A DNA stretch of 64,000 bases from Bacteroidales bacterium (GTDB taxonomy: Bacteria > Bacteroidota > Bacteroidia > Bacteroidales > UBA932), in contig JAFTCB010000047.1 of assembly GCA_017454905.1 (NCBI GenBank), positions 15,030 to 79,029 of the forward strand, read 5' to 3'. The position numbers were made by a program, and so were the translations under genes. Shown in pieces: positions 41,672 through 50,888 of the stretch. Positions within the stretch are counted from its first letter, which is position 1, and each line of letters begins with the position of its first letter. Below the pieces are notes generated by a model. It had not been told where the DNA came from. It made no database searches and saw only the letters and a program-made list of their open reading frames with translations.

Positions 41672-42895
41672 ATGAACTACCTTTTCACATCGGAGTCCGT
41701 CTCCGAAGGTCATCCCGACAAAGTCGCCGACCAGATTTCAGATGCCATTCTCGACGAATTCCTCCGGCAGGATCCGGAGGCCAAGGTCGCTTGTGAAACC
41801 TTCTGCACCGCAGGCCTGGTGGTCGTGGGCGGAGAGGTGACCAGCGACAACGCCTACGTCGACATCCCCTCCACGGTGCGCAGCGTCATCGCGCGCATCG
41901 GCTACAACAAAGCCGAGTACGGCTTCGACGCCGCCTCCTGCGGCATTATCTCGACCATCCACGAGCAGAGCGCGGACATCCACCGCGGCGTGGTACGCGA
42001 GGAGCCCGAAGAGCAAGGTGCCGGCGACCAGGGAATGATGTTCGGCTACGCCAGCACGGACACGGAGGAGTACATGCCCCTCGCCCTGTCGCTTTCCCAC
42101 AAGCTCCTGCAGACCCTGGCGGACATCCGGCACAACGAGCCGCAGCTCATGCCCTACCTGCGTCCGGACGCCAAGTCGCAGTTCACCATCGAGTTCACGG
42201 GACGCCGTACGCCCGTACGCGTCCACACCATCGTCCTCAGCACGCAGCACGACGAATTCGACAGCGACGACGCGCGCATGCACGCGCGTATAGAAAAAGA
42301 TGTCCGGGAGATCGTCCTCCCCCGCCTGATCGCTACCCTGCCCGAGCGCACCGCGCGCCTGTTCGACGGCACCGCCATCCTGCACGTCAACCCCACCGGG
42401 AAATTCGTCATCGGCGGTCCTGCCGGCGACACCGGACTGACCGGCCGCAAGATCATCGTGGACACTTACGGTGGCCGCGGCGCCCACGGTGGCGGCGCCG
42501 TCTCCGGCAAGGACCCGTCCAAGGTGGACCGCAGCGCAGCCTACGCCGCCCGCTACATCGCCAAGAACCTCGTCGCCGCGGGCGTCGCGGACGAATGTCT
42601 CGTACAGGTGGCCTATGCCATCGGCGTGGCCGAACCGGTCAGCCTCCACATCGACACCTACGGCACCCGCCACGCCGGCGCTTCCGACGCGGAGATTGCA
42701 CAGAAGGTCCGCGCGCTGTTCGACCTGCGCCCGGCCGCCATCATCCGCAAGTTCGGACTCAAGAACCCCATCTACGCCCCCACGGCCGCCTACGGCCACA
42801 TGGGCCGCAAGCCGTATGTCCAGGACGGCATCCAGTTCTTCGGCTGGGAGCTGCTGGACAGCGTGCCGCGCATCCAGGAAGCCTTCGGTCTATGA
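41672..42895 (+). CDS. metK: S-adenosylmethionine synthetase
   Basis: [76 protein letters not shown]. Confidence 0.97.
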   Translation: MNYLFTSESVSEGHPDKVADQISDAILDEFLRQDPEAKVACETFCTAGLVVVGGEVTSDNAYVDIPSTVRSVIARIGYNKAEYGFDAASCGIISTIHEQSADIHRGVVREEPEEQGAGDQGMMFGYASTDTEEYMPLALSLSHKLLQTLADIRHNEPQLMPYLRPDAKSQFTIEFTGRRTPVRVHTIVLSTQHDEFDSDDARMHARIEKDVREIVLPRLIATLPERTARLFDGTAILHVNPTGKFVIGGPAGDTGLTGRKIIVDTYGGRGAHGGGAVSGKDPSKVDRSAAYAARYIAKNLVAAGVADECLVQVAYAIGVAEPVSLHIDTYGTRHAGASDAEIAQKVRALFDLRPAAIIRKFGLKNPIYAPTAAYGHMGRKPYVQDGIQFFGWELLDSVPRIQEAFGL

Positions 42896-43353
42896 GTTCC
42901 AAGGACAAAAAACCCCAGCAGGTCCGCATCACCAACAAGCGGGCATCGTTCGACTACGAGTTCCTCGAGGAATACGACGCCGGCATCGTGCTCGTGGGCA
43001 CGGAGATCAAGTCCATCCGCGCCGGCAAAGCCTCCCTGCAGGACGCCTATTGCTATTTCTCCGGAGGAGAACTCTACGTGCGCGGGATGAACATCGCCAC
43101 CTACTTCTGGGCCTCCGCCTGGAGCAGCCACGAACCGATGCGCGACCGCAAGCTCCTGCTTACCCGGCGCGAACTGAAGCACCTCGCCCAGGCCGTCAAG
43201 ACCAAGGGCCTGACAATCGTCGCGGTGCGCGCCTACATCGCCGCGAACGGCTTCGCCAAACTCCGCATCGCGCTCGCCAAGGGCAAGAAGGAGTTCGACA
43301 AGCGCGCCACCATCAAGGAGAAGGACATCCGCCGGGAAATGGAAAGGGAATAA
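42892..43353 (+). CDS. smpB: SsrA-binding protein
   Basis: NKRA.FDY...[34 protein letters not shown]; ATGA overlap with metK. Confidence 0.95.
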   Translation: MSSKDKKPQQVRITNKRASFDYEFLEEYDAGIVLVGTEIKSIRAGKASLQDAYCYFSGGELYVRGMNIATYFWASAWSSHEPMRDRKLLLTRRELKHLAQAVKTKGLTIVAVRAYIAANGFAKLRIALAKGKKEFDKRATIKEKDIRREMERE

Positions 43354-43357
43354 CGCC

Positions 43358-44227
43358 ATGCCCCGCCTCAAACACAGCATCATCGCCGAACTGCCTGCTC
43401 CCGAAGAGCTCGACCTCGCACAGCTCGCCGCCGACTGCGCGTCCGGACGCTGCGACCTGATCGTCGTGCTCGGTCCCACCGCCTCCGGCAAGACACGCTA
43501 TGCCGTGCGCCTGGCCGAGGAGATCAACGCCGCCGCAGCCCTGGGCATGTTCGAAGGCTGCCCGGCCCGGATGACCGACGGTCCCGGCGTCACCGGAGCG
43601 GAAATCCTTTCCGCAGACTCGCGGCAGGTCTATCGCGGGATGGACATCGGCACCGGGAAAGACCTCGCCGAGTACGGCGAAATCCCCTATCACCTCATCG
43701 ACATCGCCGAACCGGGCGAGCAGTACAATGTCTGGCAGTACCAGCAGGACTTCCTCCGCGCCTGGTCAGACATCCGCCGTCGCGGCGCCATTCCCATCCT
43801 CTGCGGCGGCACGGGCATGTACATCAACGCCGTCACGCGCGGCTACGACTTCTCCGGCAACACGCCCCTGAGCGAACTGCGGGAAACAGATTCGCGCGAA
43901 GGATTCCCGCAGCACCCCTTCTTCATCGGGACGCTCGTGGACCGGGACACCCGCAACGCCCGGATCGATGCCCGGCTGGACGCCCGCCTGCAGGAAGGCA
44001 TGGTCGATGAGATCCGCGGACTGCTGGAGCGGGGCGTTCCGGCCGAAAGGCTCATTGCCTACGGCCTGGAATACAAATTCGTCACCCTCTATCTGCAGGG
44101 CGCCCTGTCCCGCGAGGAGATGCGGCAGCAACTCGCCACCGCCATCCACCAGTTCGCCAAGCGGCAGATGACCTGGTTCCGCGGGATGGAGCGCAGCGGC
44201 GTGAAAATCCACTGGGTGGAAGTCTGA
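43358..44227 (+). CDS. miaA: tRNA dimethylallyltransferase-like protein with shortened central region
   Basis: GPTASGKT, SADSRQVYRGMDIGTGK, YHLIDI, GGTG.Y, GM.DE, GLEYK, FAKRQMTWFR. Confidence 0.85.
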   Translation: MPRLKHSIIAELPAPEELDLAQLAADCASGRCDLIVVLGPTASGKTRYAVRLAEEINAAAALGMFEGCPARMTDGPGVTGAEILSADSRQVYRGMDIGTGKDLAEYGEIPYHLIDIAEPGEQYNVWQYQQDFLRAWSDIRRRGAIPILCGGTGMYINAVTRGYDFSGNTPLSELRETDSREGFPQHPFFIGTLVDRDTRNARIDARLDARLQEGMVDEIRGLLERGVPAERLIAYGLEYKFVTLYLQGALSREEMRQQLATAIHQFAKRQMTWFRGMERSGVKIHWVEV

Positions 44228-44241
44228 CTTCCCCGCCCCAT

Positions 44242-44276
44242 AAAACAACACCTGCGGCACCGGGAGGTGTCGCAGG
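44242..44276 (-). terminator. Intrinsic terminator between convergent miaA and SusC/D operon
   Basis: CCTGCGGCACC-GGGA-GGTGTCGCAGG hairpin with TGTTGTTTT tail on the minus strand. Confidence 0.65.
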
Positions 44277-44301
44277 CGATTGCTTTCAGGACAGGAGACC
44301 G

Positions 44302-44826
44302 CTACTCATCGGCCACGAAGCCGGTATAACGGAAACCATGGATCTTATAGTGGTCGAATCCTAATTCCGCTGCATCCTCATCGTCATCGAAGCCGACTTC
44401 GAACTCGATGTAGTCCGCCGGCATGCCGCTGGGGGTCTTCGTACCGTTCGGGACGATCTTGCCGTTCCGGACCCACACGTTGCAGTCGTAGTTGAGATTC
44501 GGGACCTCACCGGAATTGCCGAAGGTCTTCGCAGCCAGGTTGCAGGCAACCTTGAGCTTGAAGTCCCAGAAATTGCCGAGATCGTCCACGAAAATCTCAT
44601 TCTCCGTGTTGGCGGACGTATTGTACGTCAGGACGAGGAAGTTGCCGATACCGTAGACATCGGCATACTCATCGGCCGGAAGATTTCCGCTGGCATCCAC
44701 GCCATCGGCCTGCACATACCACTGTCCGGAGACCTCCTGGGTAGCGGTGCCCCCGATGGGATCCTTCTGGCAGGAGATGAAGGCAAGCGAAACGAGCGCA
44801 AGGGCTATAGTAAGAATCTTTTTCAT
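44302..44826 (-). CDS. Lipoprotein, BT2261-like putative lipid-binding family
   Basis: FISC lipobox; GGTAT...SG.W.V, TYNT.AN, DD..NFW.FK, TPSG.PAD.I.F...F.DD, G.RYTGF..D. Confidence 0.8.
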   Translation of the reverse strand: MKKILTIALALVSLAFISCQKDPIGGTATQEVSGQWYVQADGVDASGNLPADEYADVYGIGNFLVLTYNTSANTENEIFVDDLGNFWDFKLKVACNLAAKTFGNSGEVPNLNYDCNVWVRNGKIVPNGTKTPSGMPADYIEFEVGFDDDEDAAELGFDHYKIHGFRYTGFVADE

Positions 44827-44844
44827 TTTAACATCCTCCTTTCG

Positions 44845-45630
44845 TTAGTTTGCAACCATTTCAACGTGTCCCAGGACAGAACCGGCGTAGCTCCAGTCAT
44901 AGGTGAGCCGCTTGGTCGCAGGATCATAGACAGCATCTTTGATGAAGTCGAGGCCGTCGCCCCAGCAACGGATAGTGGAGGACATCAGCGAGACCGTCAT
45001 ATCCGCATTGAGCGTGACAAAACCCTTCATATCAAAGTAGTCGGCATAAGAGCTTCCGTAGTTGGCCACATAAAGCGGACCACGGCCCTGGATGGAAGTA
45101 TACCAGCCGCCGAGCAGGTCGGAGCAGGAATAGATGTTGCCCGCCACCTGCTTGAAGGTGATCGTTGGGCCGTCATCGGTCGTACGGCCCTGCGCGGCAT
45201 ACGAAGCGGCATTCTCGGAGTAGGTCTTGCCATTGTTGAGATAAATGGAAGCACCGCCGTCCACCTTGAAGCTGCCGAGGGTCTCGGTGACGCTCGCGTC
45301 ATAGATATAGACCACGCGGGATTTCTCGAAATAGACGCCCTGATCGTTGACGGTCGAGTAGGTGATGGTGTAGAAACCCGGCACAGCCGTGCTGACGGCA
45401 GGGACGATTTCGTCGTTCATGTCATAGATGGTCGTGGTCACCTTGCCACCGCCTTCCAGTTCCTGGTAACCCGGATCGACGTACTCGTCGCCGACGCCCA
45501 GATAGATCGTGGAGGCACCGTACATCTGGAAGTAGCTGATGACCTGGGTCACCCCTTCCGACGTTTTCTGGCAGCTGACAGCAAATACGGCCAGCAACCC
45601 GGAGAGAAAAGTAAATATGTACTTTTTCAT
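44845..45630 (-). CDS. Lipoprotein, BT2262-like (Ig-like DUF5011/DUF5012)
   Basis: AVSC lipobox; Y.DPG, PG.Y.ITYS..N.QG....SR.V, DLLGGWY...GR; downstream of susD. Confidence 0.75.
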   Translation of the reverse strand: MKKYIFTFLSGLLAVFAVSCQKTSEGVTQVISYFQMYGASTIYLGVGDEYVDPGYQELEGGGKVTTTIYDMNDEIVPAVSTAVPGFYTITYSTVNDQGVYFEKSRVVYIYDASVTETLGSFKVDGGASIYLNNGKTYSENAASYAAQGRTTDDGPTITFKQVAGNIYSCSDLLGGWYTSIQGRGPLYVANYGSSYADYFDMKGFVTLNADMTVSLMSSTIRCWGDGLDFIKDAVYDPATKRLTYDWSYAGSVLGHVEMVAN

Positions 45631-45645
45631 AATCAATCCTTTTAA

Positions 45646-47130
45646 TTATTCAGCCCAGAAAACGGGAACCGTATTCTTCTTGATAGCCGGGCAGTTCTTG
45701 TTGTAGTCAAGGGCGCCCTGGGCATACGGGAAACGCTGAAGGACAGTCTTGGCTCCGATCTCGGAGTCAACCTGATAAGGCGTGTAGAGTTCTCCAGCGG
45801 TCAGGGCGGCAGCGTCCATCTCGTCACCGGAGAAACTGTAGATCTGTGCGGCCGTCAGGCTGCCCATCTCCGGATAACCCAGACGGCGCAGCTCGCACCA
45901 TGCCTCGAAGTTGTTGGTGCCGCTCAGGGCCACCCACTTCTGGACACCGAGGCTCTTGTCCGTCCCGTCGTAAGGCCAGGCGGCAAGGACGCTCTCGTAA
46001 CCGACTGCACCGGCGCTGGCGAAGGAATCCTTGATGCCCTGCTCATAGTACTGCTTGGCCTTGGCAGCGTCGTTCGCCACCTTGCGGTAGTACTCGGACA
46101 GGAAGAAATCGATCTCGGACAGGGTGATCAGGTAGACAGGGCTGTCGTAGGCCATCTTCGGACGGCAGAAGGCCGCCGCCTTGAAGTTCTTGGACGTGCT
46201 CATGTTGTAGCCGGAGATGCTGCCCCAGTACTCGCCGCTTCCGTTGGGAGAGAAGAAGGCCTGCAGGCGGTTGTCACCGCTGGCGGTCATCGTCCGGTAC
46301 AGGGCGACGTTCAGGCCGACGTTGATCTGCGTGGAGCCGAAATAGGTGGCGAACTCCTCCTGGTAGAAGGGGTTGGCCTTGCCGGACTCATCGGCCCAGA
46401 TGCCGGACCAGGAGACGTCCGCCGTCGGGAAGTTGCCCTGGCTGACGAGCGACTGCAGCTGGGCGTCGACATTCACCTTGCCGCGCTCGCGCATGAGGAG
46501 CTTGAGCTTGAGGGCATTGGCGAACTTGATCCAGTTGCCGGCCGGCTCGTTGGGGAACAGGAAGTTGTTCACGACGGCATTGTCGGCGCTCGCCTTGCTG
46601 AGCGCGTCGTCCAGCTCGGCCACCAGGCCGGCATAGACGGTCGCTCCGTCATCGAACTTCGGGTGCAGGTTCTCTTCACCCTGCTGCGCCTCGGTATAAG
46701 GGGTCTCGCCGAAGCAGTCCACCATCACCTGAAAAGCGAACACGCGGATGACCGTAGCGGCCAGGTAGGAACCCCACTCGCCGTTCTCGGCAGCGGCGTC
46801 ACGCACCGTCGTGGCGTTGGCAATACACTGGTTCAGGACGCTGTAGTTGGCGTTGATAGCAGAAGAAGAGATAGTAAAACGGCTGTAGCCCAGGTAGTTG
46901 CTCGTACCGAAAGACTGGGCGTAATGCTCGCTGAGGTAACCGCCGAGGAAGCGGAGCTGGTCTCCGTACCGGGCGCTCAGCGCCATCTCTGCAGCCGGGA
47001 AAATCATATCGTTGTCCACCATGTCCGGGCTCGGGGAGTTCGGGCTGTAGTTGATGTCCAGCCAATCCCGGCAAGAAGACAGGGAAAGCAGGGAGACAAC
47101 CGTGAGAGCGATAAGTATGATCTTTTTCAT
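45646..47130 (-). CDS. SusD/RagB family lipoprotein (BT2263-like)
   Basis: LSSC.DWLDIN.SPN.P, VD.FG..PY.EA, P.FD, W.KFANALKL, QKWVAL.G....EAW.E.RR.GYP, RFPY, VFW. Confidence 0.92.
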   Translation of the reverse strand: MKKIILIALTVVSLLSLSSCRDWLDINYSPNSPSPDMVDNDMIFPAAEMALSARYGDQLRFLGGYLSEHYAQSFGTSNYLGYSRFTISSSAINANYSVLNQCIANATTVRDAAAENGEWGSYLAATVIRVFAFQVMVDCFGETPYTEAQQGEENLHPKFDDGATVYAGLVAELDDALSKASADNAVVNNFLFPNEPAGNWIKFANALKLKLLMRERGKVNVDAQLQSLVSQGNFPTADVSWSGIWADESGKANPFYQEEFATYFGSTQINVGLNVALYRTMTASGDNRLQAFFSPNGSGEYWGSISGYNMSTSKNFKAAAFCRPKMAYDSPVYLITLSEIDFFLSEYYRKVANDAAKAKQYYEQGIKDSFASAGAVGYESVLAAWPYDGTDKSLGVQKWVALSGTNNFEAWCELRRLGYPEMGSLTAAQIYSFSGDEMDAAALTAGELYTPYQVDSEIGAKTVLQRFPYAQGALDYNKNCPAIKKNTVPVFWAE

Positions 47131-47143
47131 AATGCAATCCTCC

Positions 47144-50100
47144 TTAGAATTTTACGACGACGTTGAAGCCCCAGATGCGGCAGGCAGGATTCACATAGGT
47201 CTCACCGAAGAGACCGTCGGCGTCGGTACCCTGGTTGGTCAGCTCAGGATCGACGAAGTAGTTGTCCTTGGCCGTCCAGGTCAGGGCATTGTTGACATAG
47301 GCAGACAGGCTGACGCCCTGCAGCGGTCCGATCCACTTCTTGGGCAGGTTGTAGCTGAGGGAGACGTTGCGCAGCTTCACGAACGAACGGTCAACGAGGT
47401 AGAACAGACGTCCTGCACCGGCGCCGTAATCGTCGAAATAAGTCTGGTAGCTGCTGTCGTTCAGATAGATCGGCGTGGTATTCTCGACATAGGATTCGCC
47501 GTCGAAGTAGACGGAATTCGGAATCACGAACGGCTCGCGGCCGTTGTAGTCGGTGATGATGCTGTTGCCGGTGAACTCCATGATATTCTTCGTACGGGAG
47601 AACATCTTGCCGCCGGAACGGACATCGAGCTGAGCGCTCAGCGAGAAGTTCTTCCAGGTCAGGCTGGTCGACAGACCGCCCGTCCACTTGTAGTTGGCAT
47701 CGAAGCCGGTCGGCTCCAGTTCGTCCGAGAGGACGGGCTGGCCGTACTGGTCCACGATCTGCTTGCCGTCCGGCGTGTAGGTCGGCACATAAGTCCAATA
47801 GGTACCATACGGCTTGCCCTTCTCAATATAGAAATTGACACGGTCCTTGGCGCCGGAGGTCGAGAAGGAGTCCACGAGAAGCTTGCCTTCGGAGACTTCC
47901 TCAGGCAGGTCGACCACAAGGCTGTAGTTCTTGGCCCAGTTGATGCTGACATCCCAACGGAAATCACGGGTCTGCACCGGGGTGAAGTCGAGGAGGAGCT
48001 CGATACCGCTGTTGCGGACGTCACCGGCGTTGTATACCATGCCGGTGTAACCGGTGGAAGGATCGATCGAGATCGAGAAGATCTGGTCGGAAGTGAGCCG
48101 GTTGTAGTAGGCGGCATCCAGGCCGATGCGGCCGTTGAGGAAGCGCAGGTTCGCACCCACCTCGAACTCGGTCGTCATTTCCGGACGGAGGGACTTGGCC
48201 GGGATGGAATTGCCGCGGCGGAAGGCGTTGGATCCGTTCATCGGGAAAGCGGCGATGCCGGAGCCGTAAACGCCGGAATAGCTCGCCTGTGCGTAGGTCG
48301 CATTCGTGTTGTACACACCCGCGTCGCTACCGGTGCGGCCGTAGGCGGCGCGCAGCTTACCGAAGGACAGGAAATTGTTCTTGGGCAGGTAGTTCGTGAA
48401 GATCCAGCTGAAGGTCGCACCCGGATAGAAATAATGGTTGTTGTCGATCGGGAGCGTGGAGGACCAGTCGTTACGGGCGGTCAGCTCCAGGAAGATGCTG
48501 TCGTCCCAGCCCAGGGTCACATCGCCATAGAGACCGATCAGGCGGCGCTTGCTCTGGCTGTCGGAGAGCGTCGTCTTGGAGGCACCGTTGGACAGGTTCC
48601 AGAACCCGGAATAGACGGCGAGGCCGTCAGTCTGGCCGGTGATGGAAGTGCTGCCGCGTTCGTTGATGTTGACACCGGCGATGGCGCTGACGTTGAAGCG
48701 GTTGTTGATGAAGCTCTTGTTGAAGGAAGCCAGGAAGTCGTGGTTGGTCTCATAGCCCCGATAGTAGTAGGCGTACACATAACCGTCGGCATTCAGGCTG
48801 GACGGAGCATAACCCATATCGTCATAGATCAGGGCATCGTCGAGCACGATCTGCGGCTCGCCGAACTTCTGGTCGTAATCGCTGTAGTTGAAACCGTAAC
48901 GGTAGGTCAGGGTCAGGAAGTCGAACGGCTTGATGTCGGCCTGCAGTTTCCCGAAGATCCCCTTCTGGTTGGTCTGGTTGTAGCGGTTCTCGATGGCCCA
49001 GTACGGACTGGTGATGCCGTACGGAGTCAGGTAAGCCTCCGGGGAGTTGAACGCCGTCGGGAGCTTCTTGAGGTCCACCAGGGAGATGTCGCGGGGGAAC
49101 TCATACAGACCGTCGATCAGGGAAGTACCCTGGAACATGCTCACCGCGTTGGTCTTGGAGATGGAAAGGTTGACCTGCGAGGAGATCTTGATCCAATCCA
49201 CCGGCGCGTAGGAGCTGCGCATCGCGATCGCGTTGCGGGTGTAGGTGTCCTTGTCGCCCGGGATGATACCGTTGTCGCTCGCATTGGAGTAGGACAGGTA
49301 GTAGTTCATCCGCTGGTCGGCGGACACGCCGTCGAGGGAGACGTTGTGCTTGTGGCTCCAGCCGATGTCGAAGAAGTCCTTGACATTGTCGGGCTTGGCA
49401 CTGTACTCGTGGTACAGCTGATAACCATTCCAGATCGGGCCGTAAGGCTGCATCGATCCGTCGAGCTTCGGGCCCCAGGAGCCGTTCTCGATCCAGGTCT
49501 GCTGGCCGTTCCAACCCTGGCCGAAGTTGTTCTGGAACATCGGGAAGGAAGAAACCTGGCGGGCCTCGATACCACCGCTATAAGAAAGGGTGAAGTTCTT
49601 GTCGGTACCGCGGGAACCCTGCTTGGTGGTGATGATGATGGCGCCGTTCGCAGCACGGGAACCGTAGAGGGCCGTAGCGGCGGCACCCTTCAGGACGGTC
49701 ATGCTCACGATGTCCTCGCTGGAGAGGCTGCCCATGCCGCCGACGATGATGTTGTCCACGACATAGAGCGGCTGGTTGCTGGAGTTGATGGAGCTGTAAC
49801 CGCGGATGATCACGTTGACGGAAGCACCCGGATCGGTGGTCGTCGTCGAGATCTGCATACCCGCGACCTTGCCGGCGAGAGCCGTCGTCACGTTCGTCGC
49901 GTGCTGCGAGATGATGTCGTCATTCTTGACCGTCGTCGCGGCATAACCGATGGACTTTTCCGAACGGGAAATACCCATGGCCGTCACGACCACCTCGCTC
50001 AGGGTCTCGGAGTCCGGCTCGAGCGAGATGTTCATCGACGAACGGCCTTCAACCGGAACGCTCTTGGTGATGTATCCCATCGCCGAAAAGACGAGCGTGC

Positions 50101-50305
50101 CGTTGGCAGGAACGTTGATGGAGAAATTACCGTCCGCATCGGATGCAGTACCGGTCATCGTCCCTTGGACGACGACGGCAGCGAACGGAACACCTTCTCC
50201 CGACACTGCGTCCCTGACGACACCCTTCACCTGGCGGTTCTGGGCGGACAAGGAGACCGCAATCAGCAGGAAGAAGGCGCTGAATAACAGTTTCGCTTGT
50301 TTCAT
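47144..50305 (-). CDS. SusC/RagA family TonB-dependent transporter (BT2264-like)
   Basis: EVVVTAMGI.R..KSIGYA, LAGKVAG, QPLYVVD, VLKGAAATALYGSRAANGAI.ITTK, ARNDWSSTLP, L.PE.T.EFE.G; C-terminal F. Confidence 0.95.
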   Translation of the reverse strand: MKQAKLLFSAFFLLIAVSLSAQNRQVKGVVRDAVSGEGVPFAAVVVQGTMTGTASDADGNFSINVPANGTLVFSAMGYITKSVPVEGRSSMNISLEPDSETLSEVVVTAMGISRSEKSIGYAATTVKNDDIISQHATNVTTALAGKVAGMQISTTTTDPGASVNVIIRGYSSINSSNQPLYVVDNIIVGGMGSLSSEDIVSMTVLKGAAATALYGSRAANGAIIITTKQGSRGTDKNFTLSYSGGIEARQVSSFPMFQNNFGQGWNGQQTWIENGSWGPKLDGSMQPYGPIWNGYQLYHEYSAKPDNVKDFFDIGWSHKHNVSLDGVSADQRMNYYLSYSNASDNGIIPGDKDTYTRNAIAMRSSYAPVDWIKISSQVNLSISKTNAVSMFQGTSLIDGLYEFPRDISLVDLKKLPTAFNSPEAYLTPYGITSPYWAIENRYNQTNQKGIFGKLQADIKPFDFLTLTYRYGFNYSDYDQKFGEPQIVLDDALIYDDMGYAPSSLNADGYVYAYYYRGYETNHDFLASFNKSFINNRFNVSAIAGVNINERGSTSITGQTDGLAVYSGFWNLSNGASKTTLSDSQSKRRLIGLYGDVTLGWDDSIFLELTARNDWSSTLPIDNNHYFYPGATFSWIFTNYLPKNNFLSFGKLRAAYGRTGSDAGVYNTNATYAQASYSGVYGSGIAAFPMNGSNAFRRGNSIPAKSLRPEMTTEFEVGANLRFLNGRIGLDAAYYNRLTSDQIFSISIDPSTGYTGMVYNAGDVRNSGIELLLDFTPVQTRDFRWDVSINWAKNYSLVVDLPEEVSEGKLLVDSFSTSGAKDRVNFYIEKGKPYGTYWTYVPTYTPDGKQIVDQYGQPVLSDELEPTGFDANYKWTGGLSTSLTWKNFSLSAQLDVRSGGKMFSRTKNIMEFTGNSIITDYNGREPFVIPNSVYFDGESYVENTTPIYLNDSSYQTYFDDYGAGAGRLFYLVDRSFVKLRNVSLSYNLPKKWIGPLQGVSLSAYVNNALTWTAKDNYFVDPELTNQGTDADGLFGETYVNPACRIWGFNVVVKF

Positions 50306-50343
50306 AAGCAATTCCTTTGATTAAACAATAAACTATACTAACT
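50270..50343 (-). repeat. Left arm of 74-bp inverted repeat (leader and first codons of susC1)
   Basis: Reverse complement AGTTAGTATAGTTTATTGTTTAATCAAAGGAATTGCTTATGAAACAAGCGAAACTGTTATTCAGCGCCTTCTTC matches 50815-50888 at 64/74 without gaps. Confidence 0.9.
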
Positions 50344-50814
50344 AATCAATAAGTATCCAAGCAGGAACAAGTCCCCTGAATTCCCGAATTTTCCGCGAAA
50401 GATCGAAATTAAAATTGGAATATGCAAGATTTCGATTAAAAATCAGCACATCGCTAAGTCGCTGTCAAGCAGCCGCTTCAAATTAATCATTAAACAATAA
50501 TTAAATAATATGTTTTAATTTAGCATAAATCATTCGAAAAATCTAAAGAATCGTAACCGCTTTGCCCTATTCCGTTACACGCCTATTTCTTTACAGCCTT
50601 CCATAACCTTCTGCCTTACAGCCTTTAAGAAGAAAAACGCATATAAGACACCCGGATGACGCAGATGTTCCGCACAAAGGAACAGGGCACCGGAATCCGG
50701 ACCGGAATCCGGATAAAAATTTAAGTTTTTTTTCATCCCTTACATCAAACAATATCAGCCTGTTAATATTACATAAAAACGAGCGCACATATATTTTGCA
50801 ACGAAAACTGAATA

Positions 50815-50888
50815 AGTTAGTATTGTTTATTGTTTAATTTAACGTAATGCTTATGAAAAAAGCGAAACTGTTCTTCAGCGCTTTGTTC
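50815..50888 (+). repeat. Right arm of 74-bp inverted repeat (leader and first codons of susC2)
   Basis: AGTTAGTATTGTTTATTGTTTAATTTAACGTAATGCTTATGAAAAAAGCGAAACTGTTCTTCAGCGCTTTGTTC. Confidence 0.9.
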
